From Nemertoderma westbladi (Eukaryota; Animalia; Xenacoelomorpha): DNA of 64,000 bases. Numbering within the stretch: position 1 is the stretch's first letter; every line of letters begins with the position of its first letter. Positions 11,611 through 23,544 of this stretch are shown one piece after another. The stretch lies in contig JAUCBJ010002777.1 in assembly GCA_032718475.1 (NCBI GenBank), forward strand, positions 1 to 64,000, in the 5' to 3' direction. The translations under genes and the position numbers were made by a program. Under the pieces are notes generated by a model that was not told the DNA's origin, ran no database searches, and saw only the letters and a list, made by a program, of their open reading frames with translations.

Positions 11611-13263
11611 CGCAAAGAACAGCTAATTACCCCCAAAAAATATAACTGTGGGGCGAGCCACGAAGTGAGTGAGCCTTAGCGTAGTTGCACCATTAATCAA
11701 CCTGTGGGGCGAGCCACGAAGTGAGTGAGCCTTAGCGTAGTGGTACCATTAATCAACCTGTCGTTCTGTCGTTCTGTCGCGTTTTTTTTCAATATTTTAT
11801 TTTAAACGTTAATAACTCGGCCAATCCTTGATGAAATCTATCCAAACTTGGTACACATGTTGTTTGGCAAAAGTTTGAAAATTTTCCAAGTAGAATTTGC
11901 GTGGGGCCTTTGTGCAGCATCAGTGTAACTGTTATTGTAGTTATAATATATTTATTTATCCAAAATTAACATGCGTTAAATTATTATTACTGTAGGATAA
12001 ATCAGCTGGTTTTCTGACAAATTTTGCAAAACATAGGGGCTGTCTGCCAATCTGCATGTACCATTTGTACCGGTACTGTCAGGCTGTACTCAATTCCTGA
12101 ATCGAGAATTCTGCAATCAGTCAATACTGCAATACAGGTCAGCCGGTACCATACACTGCAGACATGCCATATCATGTAATCTAAACATGGCCCCGGAAAC
12201 CCTTGCGGTGATTATAGTTTAGGCCTAATTAGCCTAGTACCGGTAATAATAATATAATAGTTTAGATAGTTCAGTAGTTACCGCTAATCATTCAGTCATT
12301 GGCACGGTACACCGTATTGCTGTACTGCCGTTGTAGTGCGCACCGTAGGTACCACCCATGCGTAGGCTGACTGTGCTGATTATGGTACTGTCAGACTGTG
12401 GTACCTAAGCTATATACTGTTAGGTATATTGCTGTATTGGGGTGGGGTTAGGAATAATCCATTTGTTTTAGCATTGAACTGTTGAATCCCCTTATTTATT
12501 ATAAAACCATTGGAAATATTCGCAAATGCCGCTCCATTACTGTCTGAAACGCTCCCGACAGTCCGATGTATCTGGACCCGAGCAGCCGAGTTGCTTCAAG
12601 AGGTGATTAACGGGGGAATACTACGGAATTGCTTGTTTGTCAGTACGATTCTATTTGGGTATTTACTACACTCAGACACTGGGAATACGGCGGTCGGTCA
12701 GATCGTAATGCAGGCCACTGCCAAGTTCATCATGCCTCACTCCGGTCACCCACCTTGGAGTGCGGTGGGAAGAGTCCCACTTACTGACTTACGTCGACGA
12801 CTGGACGAATCGACGAGGATTGCGATCTGGGTTTAGCGGCGGCCCGGATCCTGGGATCGCCTGGGGGAAATGGTTGAACGTTGGGCAGACGTGATCGCAC
12901 TGGATTACGTTCTCTGTGACGCAAAAGTGTGAAGCGAATTCGTTGTCGAATTGGGTCGGAAGCTGCGGGAATTCTACTGTTCTACGGGAGTAAACCGCAG
13001 CGGTCCGGTGACTATGGACGGATACTACTGGGATAAGCAGGTATTTCGATCGAGTTTCTCGTATTCTCAATGCTCGAGGCGGATAGAGAGTTGGTTGTGT
13101 TGGGCGGTGTTGTTCAATTCTATCAAACATATTAAATAATTGGTAAAATAATAAAAACACACCAGATAAAGATACTGAGCTTATGGTAAAGAGATAGGCC
13201 GAACTTACAATTTCCAAATAGATTGTTCATATAATAAATATATTTATGGTATTTGATTTCAAG

Positions 13264-13515
13264 ATAGGGGGGGGGGGGGGAACTGGACGCAATAAAAATT
13301 CATCCCTCTCCAGGGGAAATTGGACGCAAATAACAACAGCTGATTACTCTCAAAAATAAAACTGTAACCTGTTCTATTGTGTTTACTTTATTGTTTTGGT
13401 CAAAATAACGTGCCACTGTAACCTGCTCCTTTCCCAAAATTTAGAAATTAATATTGAGGCGGGATATTAATTCGCCAAGATGGGATTTGCGTCCAGTCCC
13501 ACCCCCCTCCTATCT
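13264..13515. mobile_element. MITE-like element with imperfect TIRs (second copy ~16598-16852)
   Basis: Left GATAG(G)nAACTGGACGCAA versus right TTGCGTCCAGTCCCACCCCCCTCCTATC. Confidence 0.5.
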
Positions 13516-14329
13516 CTTGATTTCACTAAAAAATAGAATACATTGCATTTTACTGTTATAATTACTGTATTTAATAAAATAATTAATTGATTGTTTATTA
13601 AACCGTGCTAAGCACGTTGAACTGGAGCTCTAACAATTCCCCACTAGCGGCAGACAGGAACTGTAAAAGTCTCTGTAGAATTTCTAATTAAGCAATGCTC
13701 TTAGGTAACTACTACTAAATTTCAGATGAACCTGATCGTTGGTTCTATAATTACAGCTATTTTTACGTTTCTGTTAATTCGCCCCCTAGAGGCAGACCGG
13801 GGAACCGTAGAAGTCTGTCTGTGTGTAGAATTTCTAAATTTTTTTAAAGACTACAAGTGTACCAAGTTTGGTTCCATTTCATCCATGATTGACCGACTTA
13901 TTAGCGTTCAAACATTCCTGCCACGAATAAAAGCTGCAGGAACTCGAGCGATAATTAATTTATTTATTATTAAATACTGTTTCAATTAAATTTGTTACGA
14001 AAATCTAGTCATCTTCTTTTAAATATGGACCCTGCATTCATGGAAAATATAATATTTGATAATTCATCAGTCAGCCTACGCTAATTTCACAGCAAAGTCC
14101 TTGCCATGGCCTGTGTGTAGTAGGCCATGGTACCACCCTACTACCGGTACCGGATGACCGGTGGCAACTAGCACTTGCACAGCAACAGCACTACCGGCGA
14201 TACACAGGTTGGAATTTATGTAGAGTTTGCTCAACAGTACAGATATAAAATAGTTATCTAAATTATCTATATTACTATTGACAAGTATTGAAATATATAC
14301 CGTTATTCGTATTTGCAACATCTGACATT

Positions 14330-14697
14330 GAAGAGGTGAGAGAAGATGAATACCGGCACTCAACAAAACCAACACTTATCACAGGTCGGTATGGTTACCT
14401 CGAAACCGGCGCGACTGTCCACTCGAATACAGCTTCAAAACACAAACGCCAACAATAAACTGAAAGCGAATCGAACGTCTTCAGAAGAATCTGTCATTGG
14501 GACGAAGAAAAGGAAGCCGAAACCACGGGAATGGACCACAGCTAAGATTGAATGCTCCCATTGTCAGAGTTCCTGGACCGAAATTGAAACACCAATTGCC
14601 GATGGGCTTGATCTCTCAAACCAAAACTTCCTCTGCGGGGTTTGCGCGGCAGTAAAGATTGAAAGTCTGGAAGCTGGCATCCCTAGGTATTATTATT
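14330..14697 (+). mobile_element. CR1/L2-type LINE 5' end, ORF1 fragment (truncated copy)
   Basis: Basic N-terminus followed by CSHC...FLCGVC, resembling a PHD-like zinc finger. Matches the longer copy at 17685. Confidence 0.55.
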
Positions 14698-17669
14698 ATA
14701 AAGAGCGTCAGCCTGCGTTTAATAAATATATTTTAATACAAAACAGGTCGAACGCAAAGAGGCTTATAATGAAGACGAGTACTGCATTGATTATATTCCT
14801 ATAAACCACCTGGCTTTGCATATTGAACGTGCGTTTGGAAATAAGTTCGTGCTACCCTTCCGTGGGTGGTAGATGTCGCGGTTATGTATTGGTGGGTGGG
14901 GGAGGGGGGGGGAGGGGTGCAGATTAAAAGGGGTGAACACGTACTGTCCGGCCCCCTTTCTTTGATTAATTGGTGGTGTGGGTTAATCTCTCATAACCTG
15001 ATTTTGTGATACAGTCGCACAATTTTAATTTGTATCTCATAACTGGGCCTCGTGCTGCGCGAAGGCCCCACGAACGTGTCGTTCTGTCGTTCTGTCGTTC
15101 TGTCGCGTTTTTTTTCAGTATTTTATTTTAAACGTTAATAACTCGGCCAATCCTTGATGAAATCTATCCAAACTTGGTACACATGTTGTTTGGCAAAAGT
15201 TTGAAAATTTTCCAAGTAGAATTTGCGTGGGGCCTTTGTGCAGCATCAGTGTAACTGTTATTGTAGTTATAATATATTTATTTATCCAAAATTAACATGC
15301 GTTAAATTATTATTACTGTAGGATAAATCAGCTGGTTTTCTGACAAATTTTGCAAAACATAGGGGCTGTCTGCCAATCTGCATGTACCATTTGTACCGGT
15401 ACTGTCAGGCTGTACTCAATTCCTGAATCGAGAATTCTGCAATCAGTCAATACTGCAATACAGGTCAGCCGGTACCATACACTGCAGACATGCCATATCA
15501 TGTAATCTAAACATGGCCCCGGAAACCCTTGCGGTGATTATAGTTTAGGCCTAATTAGCCTAGTACCGGTAATAATAATATAATAGTTTAGATAGTTCAG
15601 TAGTTACCGCTAATCATTCAGTCATTGGCACGGTACACCGTATTGCTGTACTGCCGTTGTAGTGCGCACCGTAGGTACCACCCATGCGTAGGCTGACTGT
15701 GCTGATTATGGTACTGTCAGACTGTGGTACCTAAGCTATATACTGTTAGGTATATTCAGATATTGCTGTATTGGGGTGGGGTTAGGAATAATCCATTTGT
15801 TTTAGCATTGAACTGTTGAATCCCCTTATTTATTATAAAACCATTGGAAATATTCGCAAATGCCGCTCCATTACTGTCTGAAACGCTCCCGACAGTCCGA
15901 TGTATCTGGACCCGAGCAGCCGAGTTGCTTCAAGAGGTGATTAACGGGGGAATACTACGGAATTGCTTGTTTGTCAGTACGATTCTATTTGGGTATTTAC
16001 TACACTCAGACACTGGGAATACGGCGGTCGGTCAGATCGTAATGCGGGCCACTGCCAAGTTCATCATGCCTCACTCCGGTCACCCACCTTGGAGTGCGGT
16101 GGGAAGAGTCCCACTTACTGACTTACGTCGACGACTGGACGAATCGACGAGGATTGCGATCTGGGTTTAGCGGCGGCCCGGATCCTGGGATCGCCTGGGG
16201 GAAATGGTTGAACGTTGGGCAGACGTGATCGCACTGGATTACGTTCTCTGTGACGCGAAAGTGTGAAGCGAATTCGTTGTCGAGTTGGGTCGGAAGCTGC
16301 GGGAATTCTACTGTTCTACGGGAGTAAACCGCAGCGGTCCGGTGACTATACGGACGGATACTACTGGGATAAGCAGGTATTTCGATCGAGTTTCTCGTAT
16401 TCTCGATGCTCGAGGCGGATAGAGAGTTGGTTGTGTTGGGCAGTGTTGTTCAATTCTATCAAACATATTAAATAATTGGTAAAATAATAAAAACACACCA
16501 GATAAAGATACTGAGCTTATGGTAAATAGATAGGCCGAACTTACAATTTCCAAATAGATTGTTCATATAATAAATATATTTTTGGTATTTGATTTCAAGA
16601 TAGGGGGGGGGGGGGGGAACTGGACGCAATAAAAATTCATCCCTCTCCAGGGGAAAATGGACGCAAATAACAACAGCTGATTACTCTCAAAAATAAAACT
16701 GTAACCTGTTCTATTGTGTTTACTTTATTGTTTTGGTTAAAATAACGTGCCACTGTAACCTGCTCCTTTCCCAAAATTTAGAAATTAATATTGAGGCGGG
16801 ATATTAATTCGCCAAGATGGGATTTGCGTCCAGTCCCACCCCCCTCCTATCTCTTGATTTCACTAAAAAATAGAATACATTGCATTTTACTGTTATAATT
16901 ACTGTATTGAATAAAATAATTAATTTATTGTTTATTAAACCGTGCTAAGCACGTTGAACTGGAGCTCTAACAATTCCCCACTAGCGGCAGACAGGAACTG
17001 TAAAAGTCTCTGTAGAATTTCTAATTAAGCAATGCTCTTAGGTAACTACTACTAAATTTCAGATGAATCTGATCGTTGGTTCTATAATTACAGCTATTTT
17101 TACGTTTCTGTTAATTCGCCCCCTAGCGGCAGACAGGGGAACCGTAGAAGTCTGTCTGTGTGTAGAATTTCTAAATTTTTGTAAAGACTACAAGTGTACC
17201 AAGTTTGGTTCCATTTCATCCATGATTGACCGACTTATTAGCGTTCAAACATTCCTGCCACGAATAAAAGCTGCAGGAACTCGAGCGATAATTAATTTAT
17301 TAATTATTAAATACTGTTTCAATTAAATTCTTTACGAAAATCTAGTCATCTTCTTTTAAATATGGACCCTGCATTCATGGAAAATATAATATTTGATAAT
17401 TCATCAGTCAGCCTACGCTAATTTAACAGCAAAGTCCTTGTCATGGCCTGTGTGTAGTAGGCCATGGTACCACCCTACTACCGGTACCGGCTGACCGGTG
17501 GCAACTAGCACTTGTACAGCAACAGCCCTACCGGCGATACACAGGTTGGAATTTATGTGTAGAGTTTGCTCAACAGTACAGATATAAAATAGTTATCTAA
17601 ATTATCTATATTACTATTGACAAGTATTGAAATATATACCGTTATTCGTATTTGCAACATCTGACATTG

Positions 17670-19066
17670 GAGAGGTGAGAGAAGATGAATACCGACACTC
17701 AACAAAACCAACGCTTATCACAGGTCGGTATGGTTACCTCGAAACCGGCGCGACTGTCCACTCGAATACAACTTCAAAACACAAACGCCAACAATAAACT
17801 GAAAGCGAATCGAACGTCTTCAGAAGAATCTGTCATTTGGGACGAAGAAAAGGAAGCCAAAACCACGGGAATGGACCACAGCTAAGATTGAATGCTCCCA
17901 TTGTCAGAGTTCCTGGACCGAAATTGAAACACCAATTGCCGATGGGTTTGATCTCTCAAACCAAAACTTCCTCTGCGGGGTGTGCGCGGCAGTAAAGATT
18001 GAAAGTCTGGAAGCTGACAATACTCGTCTACAATTTGAAACCAGCAAACTTGAAAGACAGTTAGCTTCGCAACTCCACCATCTGGTTGATGAAAGCGAAG
18101 CACAAACCGTCGCCATGAATGCCATGCGGACTGTTCTTGAAACACGGCTAAACAACGTAGAAATTACTCAAACAGAGTTTTAAATCGAAGTTGGAGTTGA
18201 TTGACAATTTATTGACTACGAAACTGCCAGCGCCTATACAGACCCCAGCTGCGTCACCAGTGTTATCATGGCCCCCGGCGTCGTTTTCCGCTGCCACATG
18301 GTCCCCAGCTGCATTACCCGCAGCCACACGGTCCCCAGCTGCATTACCCGCAGCCACACGGTCCCCAGCTGCATTATCCGCAGCCACAGTCCCCAGCTGC
18401 ATTATCCGCAGCCACACGGCCCCCAGCTGCATTATTCGCAGGTACGTGGTCCCAAGCTGCATTATCCGCAGCCACGTGGTCCCCAGCTGCATTATCCGTA
18501 GACACACGCTCCCCAGCTGCCCCAGCTGCACTATACGCGCCGACACGGTCCCCAGCTGCATTATCCGCAGCCACGTAGTCCCCAGCTGCATTATCCGTAG
18601 ACACACGCTCCCCAGCTGCACTATACGCGCCGACACGGTCCCCAGCTGCATTACCCGCAGCCACACGGTCCCCAGCTGCATTACCCGCAGCCACACGGTC
18701 ACCAGCTGCACTATCCGCGGCCACGTAGTCCCCAGCTGCATTATCCGTAGACACACGCTCCCCAGCTGCCCCAGCTGCACTATACGCGCCGACACGGTCC
18801 CCAGCTGCATTACCCGCAGCCACACGGTCCCCAGCTGCATTATCCGTAGACACACGCTCCCCAGCTGCCCCAGCTGCACTATACGCGCCGACACGGTCCC
18901 CAGCTGCATTACCCGCTGCCACACGGTCCACAGCTGCATTACCCGCAACAAAGAAGTCGAAGTAGAAGGCTATCTCCTTTACAGAGCAGATCGCAGACGA
19001 GATGGCGGCGGCGGCCTTATATATTCCATCTACACTCTCATTCAGCCAAATAATTATTTTAACTGA
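17670..19066 (+). mobile_element. CR1/L2-type LINE 5' portion: disrupted ORF1 plus an APE endonuclease fragment
   Basis: CxxC...CxxC followed by a coiled coil. Ends with EVEGYLLYRADRRRDGGGGLIY, matching the APE motif GY...R.DR...GGGV..Y. Confidence 0.65.
18295..18946. repeat. 30-bp minisatellite (CACACGGTCCCCAGCTGCATTACCCGCAGC) inside the LINE ORF1 region
   Basis: ~21 units, some with a 9-bp CCCAGCTGC duplication. It produces the repetitive ORFs at 18148-19066. Confidence 0.92.
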
Positions 19067-19184
19067 TTTAACGTCAAATTAGAAATTCCAATTCCAACAT
19101 GTGTGGCGCGCATTAAGGATCCTGGCGCGGAGCAACAAGGTCGTGTGGCGCGCATTGAGGATCCTGGCGCGCATATGGATGACA

Positions 19185-20647
19185 TGTGGGGCGAGCCACG
19201 TAGTGAGGCCGCCTTAGCAGCTTAGCGTAGGGGTACCATTAATCAACCTGTCGTTCTGACATGAGGGTAAAACCCAAGCAATCATTTTCTGAACATCCAA
19301 TGATATTGCCTGTTTTATAAATGCTTTAAGTTGTTATGGGCTGTTCTGTGTGATTGATTGTTATGTGATTACTTGCTATCTTGGCCAGTATTAAATACAC
19401 TAAATCAACAAGCAATCGATGTAACTTAGTAGTTTACATTTAAATATTAGCAGTATGCCGGTAGCTCTATGTACTCTCAGACTCTAACCAATGGGAAGGT
19501 GGCTGGATGGGAATGTGGAAATCAATAAACGATGTTGTTACCACGAGAGTATTGTACATAAAAACACAAGGTAACAGTCTAAATGGCGGGTTTAAGTAAG
19601 CCCGGAAATACAATTTTGAAAATCGGCTGTAATTAGAACTACAGATTTGACGTCACTACGCAGTGCTCTGATAATTTCGTATATTGCTTTCAATGGAGGG
19701 TGATTTTAGATCTTTTCTTAGATTCATTTATACACATTTAATATCAATCATTTGACACGTAGCTTGTATCAATTGAAAGTGAAGATTAATTAACAATTAA
19801 TTAATTAAATGCATGATGATGATCGATGATGAAGATTGATAAAATGCTGTATTGCTGCTGGAAATACTGTTGGAAACAGCATTTTATCAACGTTCCTCGT
19901 CATTAATTTAGTCAATGTAGGTCATAAGACGCGCTAGATTCTCCACTTTTAATAGATATAATAAGCCACATGTGAAATGATTGAGATTTAATATTTATTT
20001 GAATGGTTTGAAAATCACTGTCCATACAAACCAAGATAATATATTATCAGAGCACTTTGTAGTGACGTCAAACATGTAGCAGCCAATTACAGCCAGTTTT
20101 CAAAATTGGCTTCCCATGCTTACTTAAACCCCCAATTTCGACCGTTTCCTCGTGTTTACACAAAAAACACATCCCGTTACTCGATTCAGGGCACCTTGTT
20201 ACCCCTTATTCAGTTGTTATATTGCTTTAAATTGCTCAACAATTTTGTCGCGCAACAACCCTTCTTATGCAATAATTTATTTTAATCGTATAATTAATTT
20301 CTTTTTTTGGCTATCTATATTATTCAATTTAAGTAATATATTGTATATATAATCATTTCTATCTGCGTTTAGGAATTATATTTAAATACAAAACAGGACG
20401 AGCACAACGAGGCTTATAATACCCTTCAATGGGTGGTAGATGTCGCGGTTATGTATTGGCGGGTGGGAAGGGTGGGGGGGGGGGGGGGGGGTGCAGATTA
20501 AAAGGGCTGAACACGTACTGTACCCCTTTCTTTAATTGATTGGTGGTGTGGGTAAATTTCTCAAATACTGATTTTGTGATACAGTCGCTCAGTTTTAATT
20601 TGTATATCATAACTGGGCCTCGTGCTGCGCGAAGGCCCCACGAACGT
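19185..20647 (+). mobile_element. HINE-like element (same termini as 11647)
   Basis: TGTGGGGCGAGCCACG start and GCCCCACGAACGT end; the 3' block is shared with 14850-15077 and 32210-32426. Confidence 0.55.
19560..20158. mobile_element. Long imperfect palindrome / fold-back MITE (~600 bp)
   Basis: TTTAAGTAAGC...TTTGAAAA..GGCTGTAATT...TTTGACGTCACTAC..AGTGCTCTGATAAT is mirrored at 20043-20130; centre near 19865. Confidence 0.7.
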
Positions 20648-22415
20648 GTTACCTGTTCTATTGAGTTTGGTTTATTGTTTTGGAAAAGTGCCACTGTAAC
20701 CTGCTCCCTTCTCTAAATTGATTATTTAACATTGAACAGTTGAAACGAGATATAAATTCGCCAAGATGGGATTTGCATCCTCGAATACGAACTGTGAAGG
20801 TGCGTTGTTTGTCGGTGATACATACTATCACCGACGATAAACGGTAAACGATAAACACTTTGGATCACAATTCGCTAATATTTTGGTGTATCAGTCAACT
20901 TTTTTCAGTTACCTAAGTATTTTCATATTTTGTTGTATTTCAATAAATCTTCATGTGTTACCAAAGTTGTAAATTTTGTCTTAACAATATTTTTCCACCA
21001 TCTTTCTCGCCTAAGTTTATTTATCTTTTGCTGGCTGTATAATATTAATGTATTGTCTCGTTAATTATATAATTATTGTTTATTTGTATTCTTGTTATGG
21101 TCGGTGCTGTATTTAATATGTATATTTTTGTAGTAAGCCGGTTGCGACTGGGGGCTATCGCCCACGACATTAAAGATTTACTTAACTTAACTAATAGTGG
21201 TGTGCCAGTTTTATGTCCATGTTGAATGTATGTATATAGCAGATTTTATAATTTATTTAATATTATACTTTACATTACTAGAAAGCCAGCAAGCTGGCTG
21301 GAAGGAGCCCGGGGGAAAAATCCTAGCCAAGACTATTACAAAGAACTATGTCAGTCAGCAGTAAGTAAACTAAAATTGTCTAAACTGCAAGGCGTGAGGC
21401 TAGCTGACTTTGTGGCTCGCCCCACATAATAAAAAATGCAACTTAGCTACCACTAACAAAAATATAATATGAAGCAAATAATTTCATTATCAAGAACGTT
21501 TACAAGATATAAGATGCGATTACCGAATATTTATAAAAAATGCCCATGATGCGCAACCAGATAAATAACAACGAATAGAGCCAAATAACAAATTTAGTTT
21601 CCTTCTATAGGTATTACCCCGTCGTCAAGCGGAATATCTCTTCCCAGTGAATTCTATGTGAATATGTAATATAGGTACTCCTTAGGTGGTAGGCCAGAGC
21701 GGGCTCCTTAAATACATGCAACTACTGTATTATAGTGTAGGTCAACTATAAAACATTTTGCAATCCACAGTGAGTATCGACTGCAATAGGACACAACACA
21801 CTGCTTTGTGTAACTAAAATTCATTCTCCTGATCCACCCCCTAACATAGCAGAGTGAGTAACCTTATTGTAGATATACCCTTAGGAAGCACTGGGAGAGC
21901 AATCAGCTTATGGGGTAATACATTAGAAACCAACAGCTTATGTGTGAGTAAACATTGCCTTTCCTTATAGCCTACTAGTAAAACTTGGCAACCAACACGT
22001 TTTTCTATGACTGTGTATAACATATTAAGCCATATTTCATCATGAACACCAGCTGTTATTTTACCATTGATTTTAATTTCGCGACAAAACAATGTCAAAA
22101 AACGAAATATATCGAATACCACACATAGAATCGATCTGAAATTTTGTAACGCGATTATGAACCACCAAAGCAATGTACTTGCAAAATTTCATCAAAATCG
22201 CCAGGCAGGAAATGCCTTAACCTAGATAATTATCAGTCAGTATGTCAGTCAGTCAGTCAGTCAGTGTAATGTATCCTGAGATTTTTACAGAAAGTATCCC
22301 TGAGATTCTTACAGTAAGTATCCCGCTGTCAAGCGGGCTCCTAATTAACTCTCACGAGAAGTAAAACGTTGATTAACCTGTTATCGGCATTAACACAGTG
22401 TTCCTTCAATTTCAG

Positions 22416-22664
22416 GTGGTAGACAGTAAATGCGTTTGTAGCCAAGATATGAAGACAGTCTACAACCCTGAAACTAGTCGCTACCTATGTATGGATCAGG
22501 CTTGCGTTAGCTCTGCTACGGATCTTACTGCCACGAAGCTCACTCTCGATGCGGCTACAAACAAACTCAGTTGCACTGCCACCAGCCATGCACCGCAGCT
22601 TGTTTACGGTTGCTGGGTAACGATGTTGATTATCATGACACTGGTAACCCTGGTGATTACTTAA
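22416..22664 (+). CDS. Terminal exon 3 of the Cys-rich protein gene; hydrophobic C-terminus (GPI signal or TM helix)
   Basis: Acceptor ttccttcaatttcag| at 22415, phase 0. Reads VVDSKCVCSQDMK...CTATSHAPQLVYGCWVTMLIIMTLVTLVIT*. The CxC motif matches those in exons 1 and 2. Confidence 0.72.
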   Translation: MVDSKCVCSQDMKTVYNPETSRYLCMDQACVSSATDLTATKLTLDAATNKLSCTATSHAPQLVYGCWVTMLIIMTLVTLVIT

Positions 22665-23544
22665 CTGGTCGCTATTTGTTGATGATGATTTTAAATAAGA
22701 TGATCCGAACTACAATTTTTGTATAAATAATCATTTTAATTATTCTACTCTAATCCGTAATGATTCATTACCTGTTACACTATTCTACTCAAATTTTAAC
22801 TCATGTGTTACGTATTGTACTGAACAATAAGCCTAGGTTGTTAATTCACATGTTTGTTAATAATGAGCATGGTGTCTGGAGTCACCCAGTAACCTGTCGT
22901 CTTGGTCATGTGTGGATTTATCCTACTCTGCAAATTTTCCATTTAATACTTACCTTTTAACATTCTGTATATATTTAATCTTTAAATCAAATATACAGTA
23001 GTAGAATTTAAACATATGCTATTATGTAACATAATGGTACTTAAATATACTCGAAGTAATTGGAATAGTTTTGATTGTATTACTGAATTAAGTTTGCCAA
23101 TGTTACGTAAGTTGCAGGTGGTAGTCGGACAATAGCAAGGATAGTGTAGTCCGACTCCAGCTGCTGAGGGTGGGGATTGAGGTTTCAGATTGGGGATTTG
23201 GGGAGGAGGGGGGGGGGATGGTAAAACAGAATCCTGTGCCCGGGTAGAAGGGGTGTTGGTATGAACTCAAGATTCTAAACTATTTATTTTTGATCTGAAG
23301 TGGGTGAGGCTGGGCGCTTATCAAATCTAACAGTGTTTATATAGATGCTTAGAGCAGCCTACCGTGTTTTATGTTTATGGATAGTATTTGTTTTCCTAAA
23401 TAATGTCTGGTATGTTTTTTTTAAAAATGATACAGTATTTGGTTAGTATTTTATTGCGAAAATGAAGATTTCTACTTGGTATTAATTTTTTTTGGTCACT
23501 TTTTGATTAGCGCCGTAACGCAACGACAGGAAGGGAATACAGGC

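Larger units (their letters stand above)
11647..15077 (+). mobile_element. Helentron-associated non-autonomous (HINE/DINE-1-like) element with cargo; 5' 56 bp duplicated
   Basis: 5' end TGTGGGGCGAGCCACG, (CTGTCGTT)n microsatellite, core ...aaacttggtacacatg, 3' end GCGCGAAGGCCCCACGAACGT. The short subterminal inverted motif is GTGGGGC/GCCCCAC. Confidence 0.6.
11758..18016. repeat. Tandem segmental duplication of ~2.9 kb (copy 1 ~11758-14697, copy 2 ~15093-18016)
   Basis: The two stretches are nearly identical; duplicated ORFs 12510/15844, 13726/17063 and 14346/17685. Confidence 0.95.

Noticed and set aside
13726-13989. ORF with apparent signal peptide and upstream AG (also 17063-17326) as an extra exon
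   Set aside because: Lies in repeat-like sequence (taccaagtttggttcc core typical of dispersed non-autonomous elements), lacks the Cys pattern and has no supporting donor.
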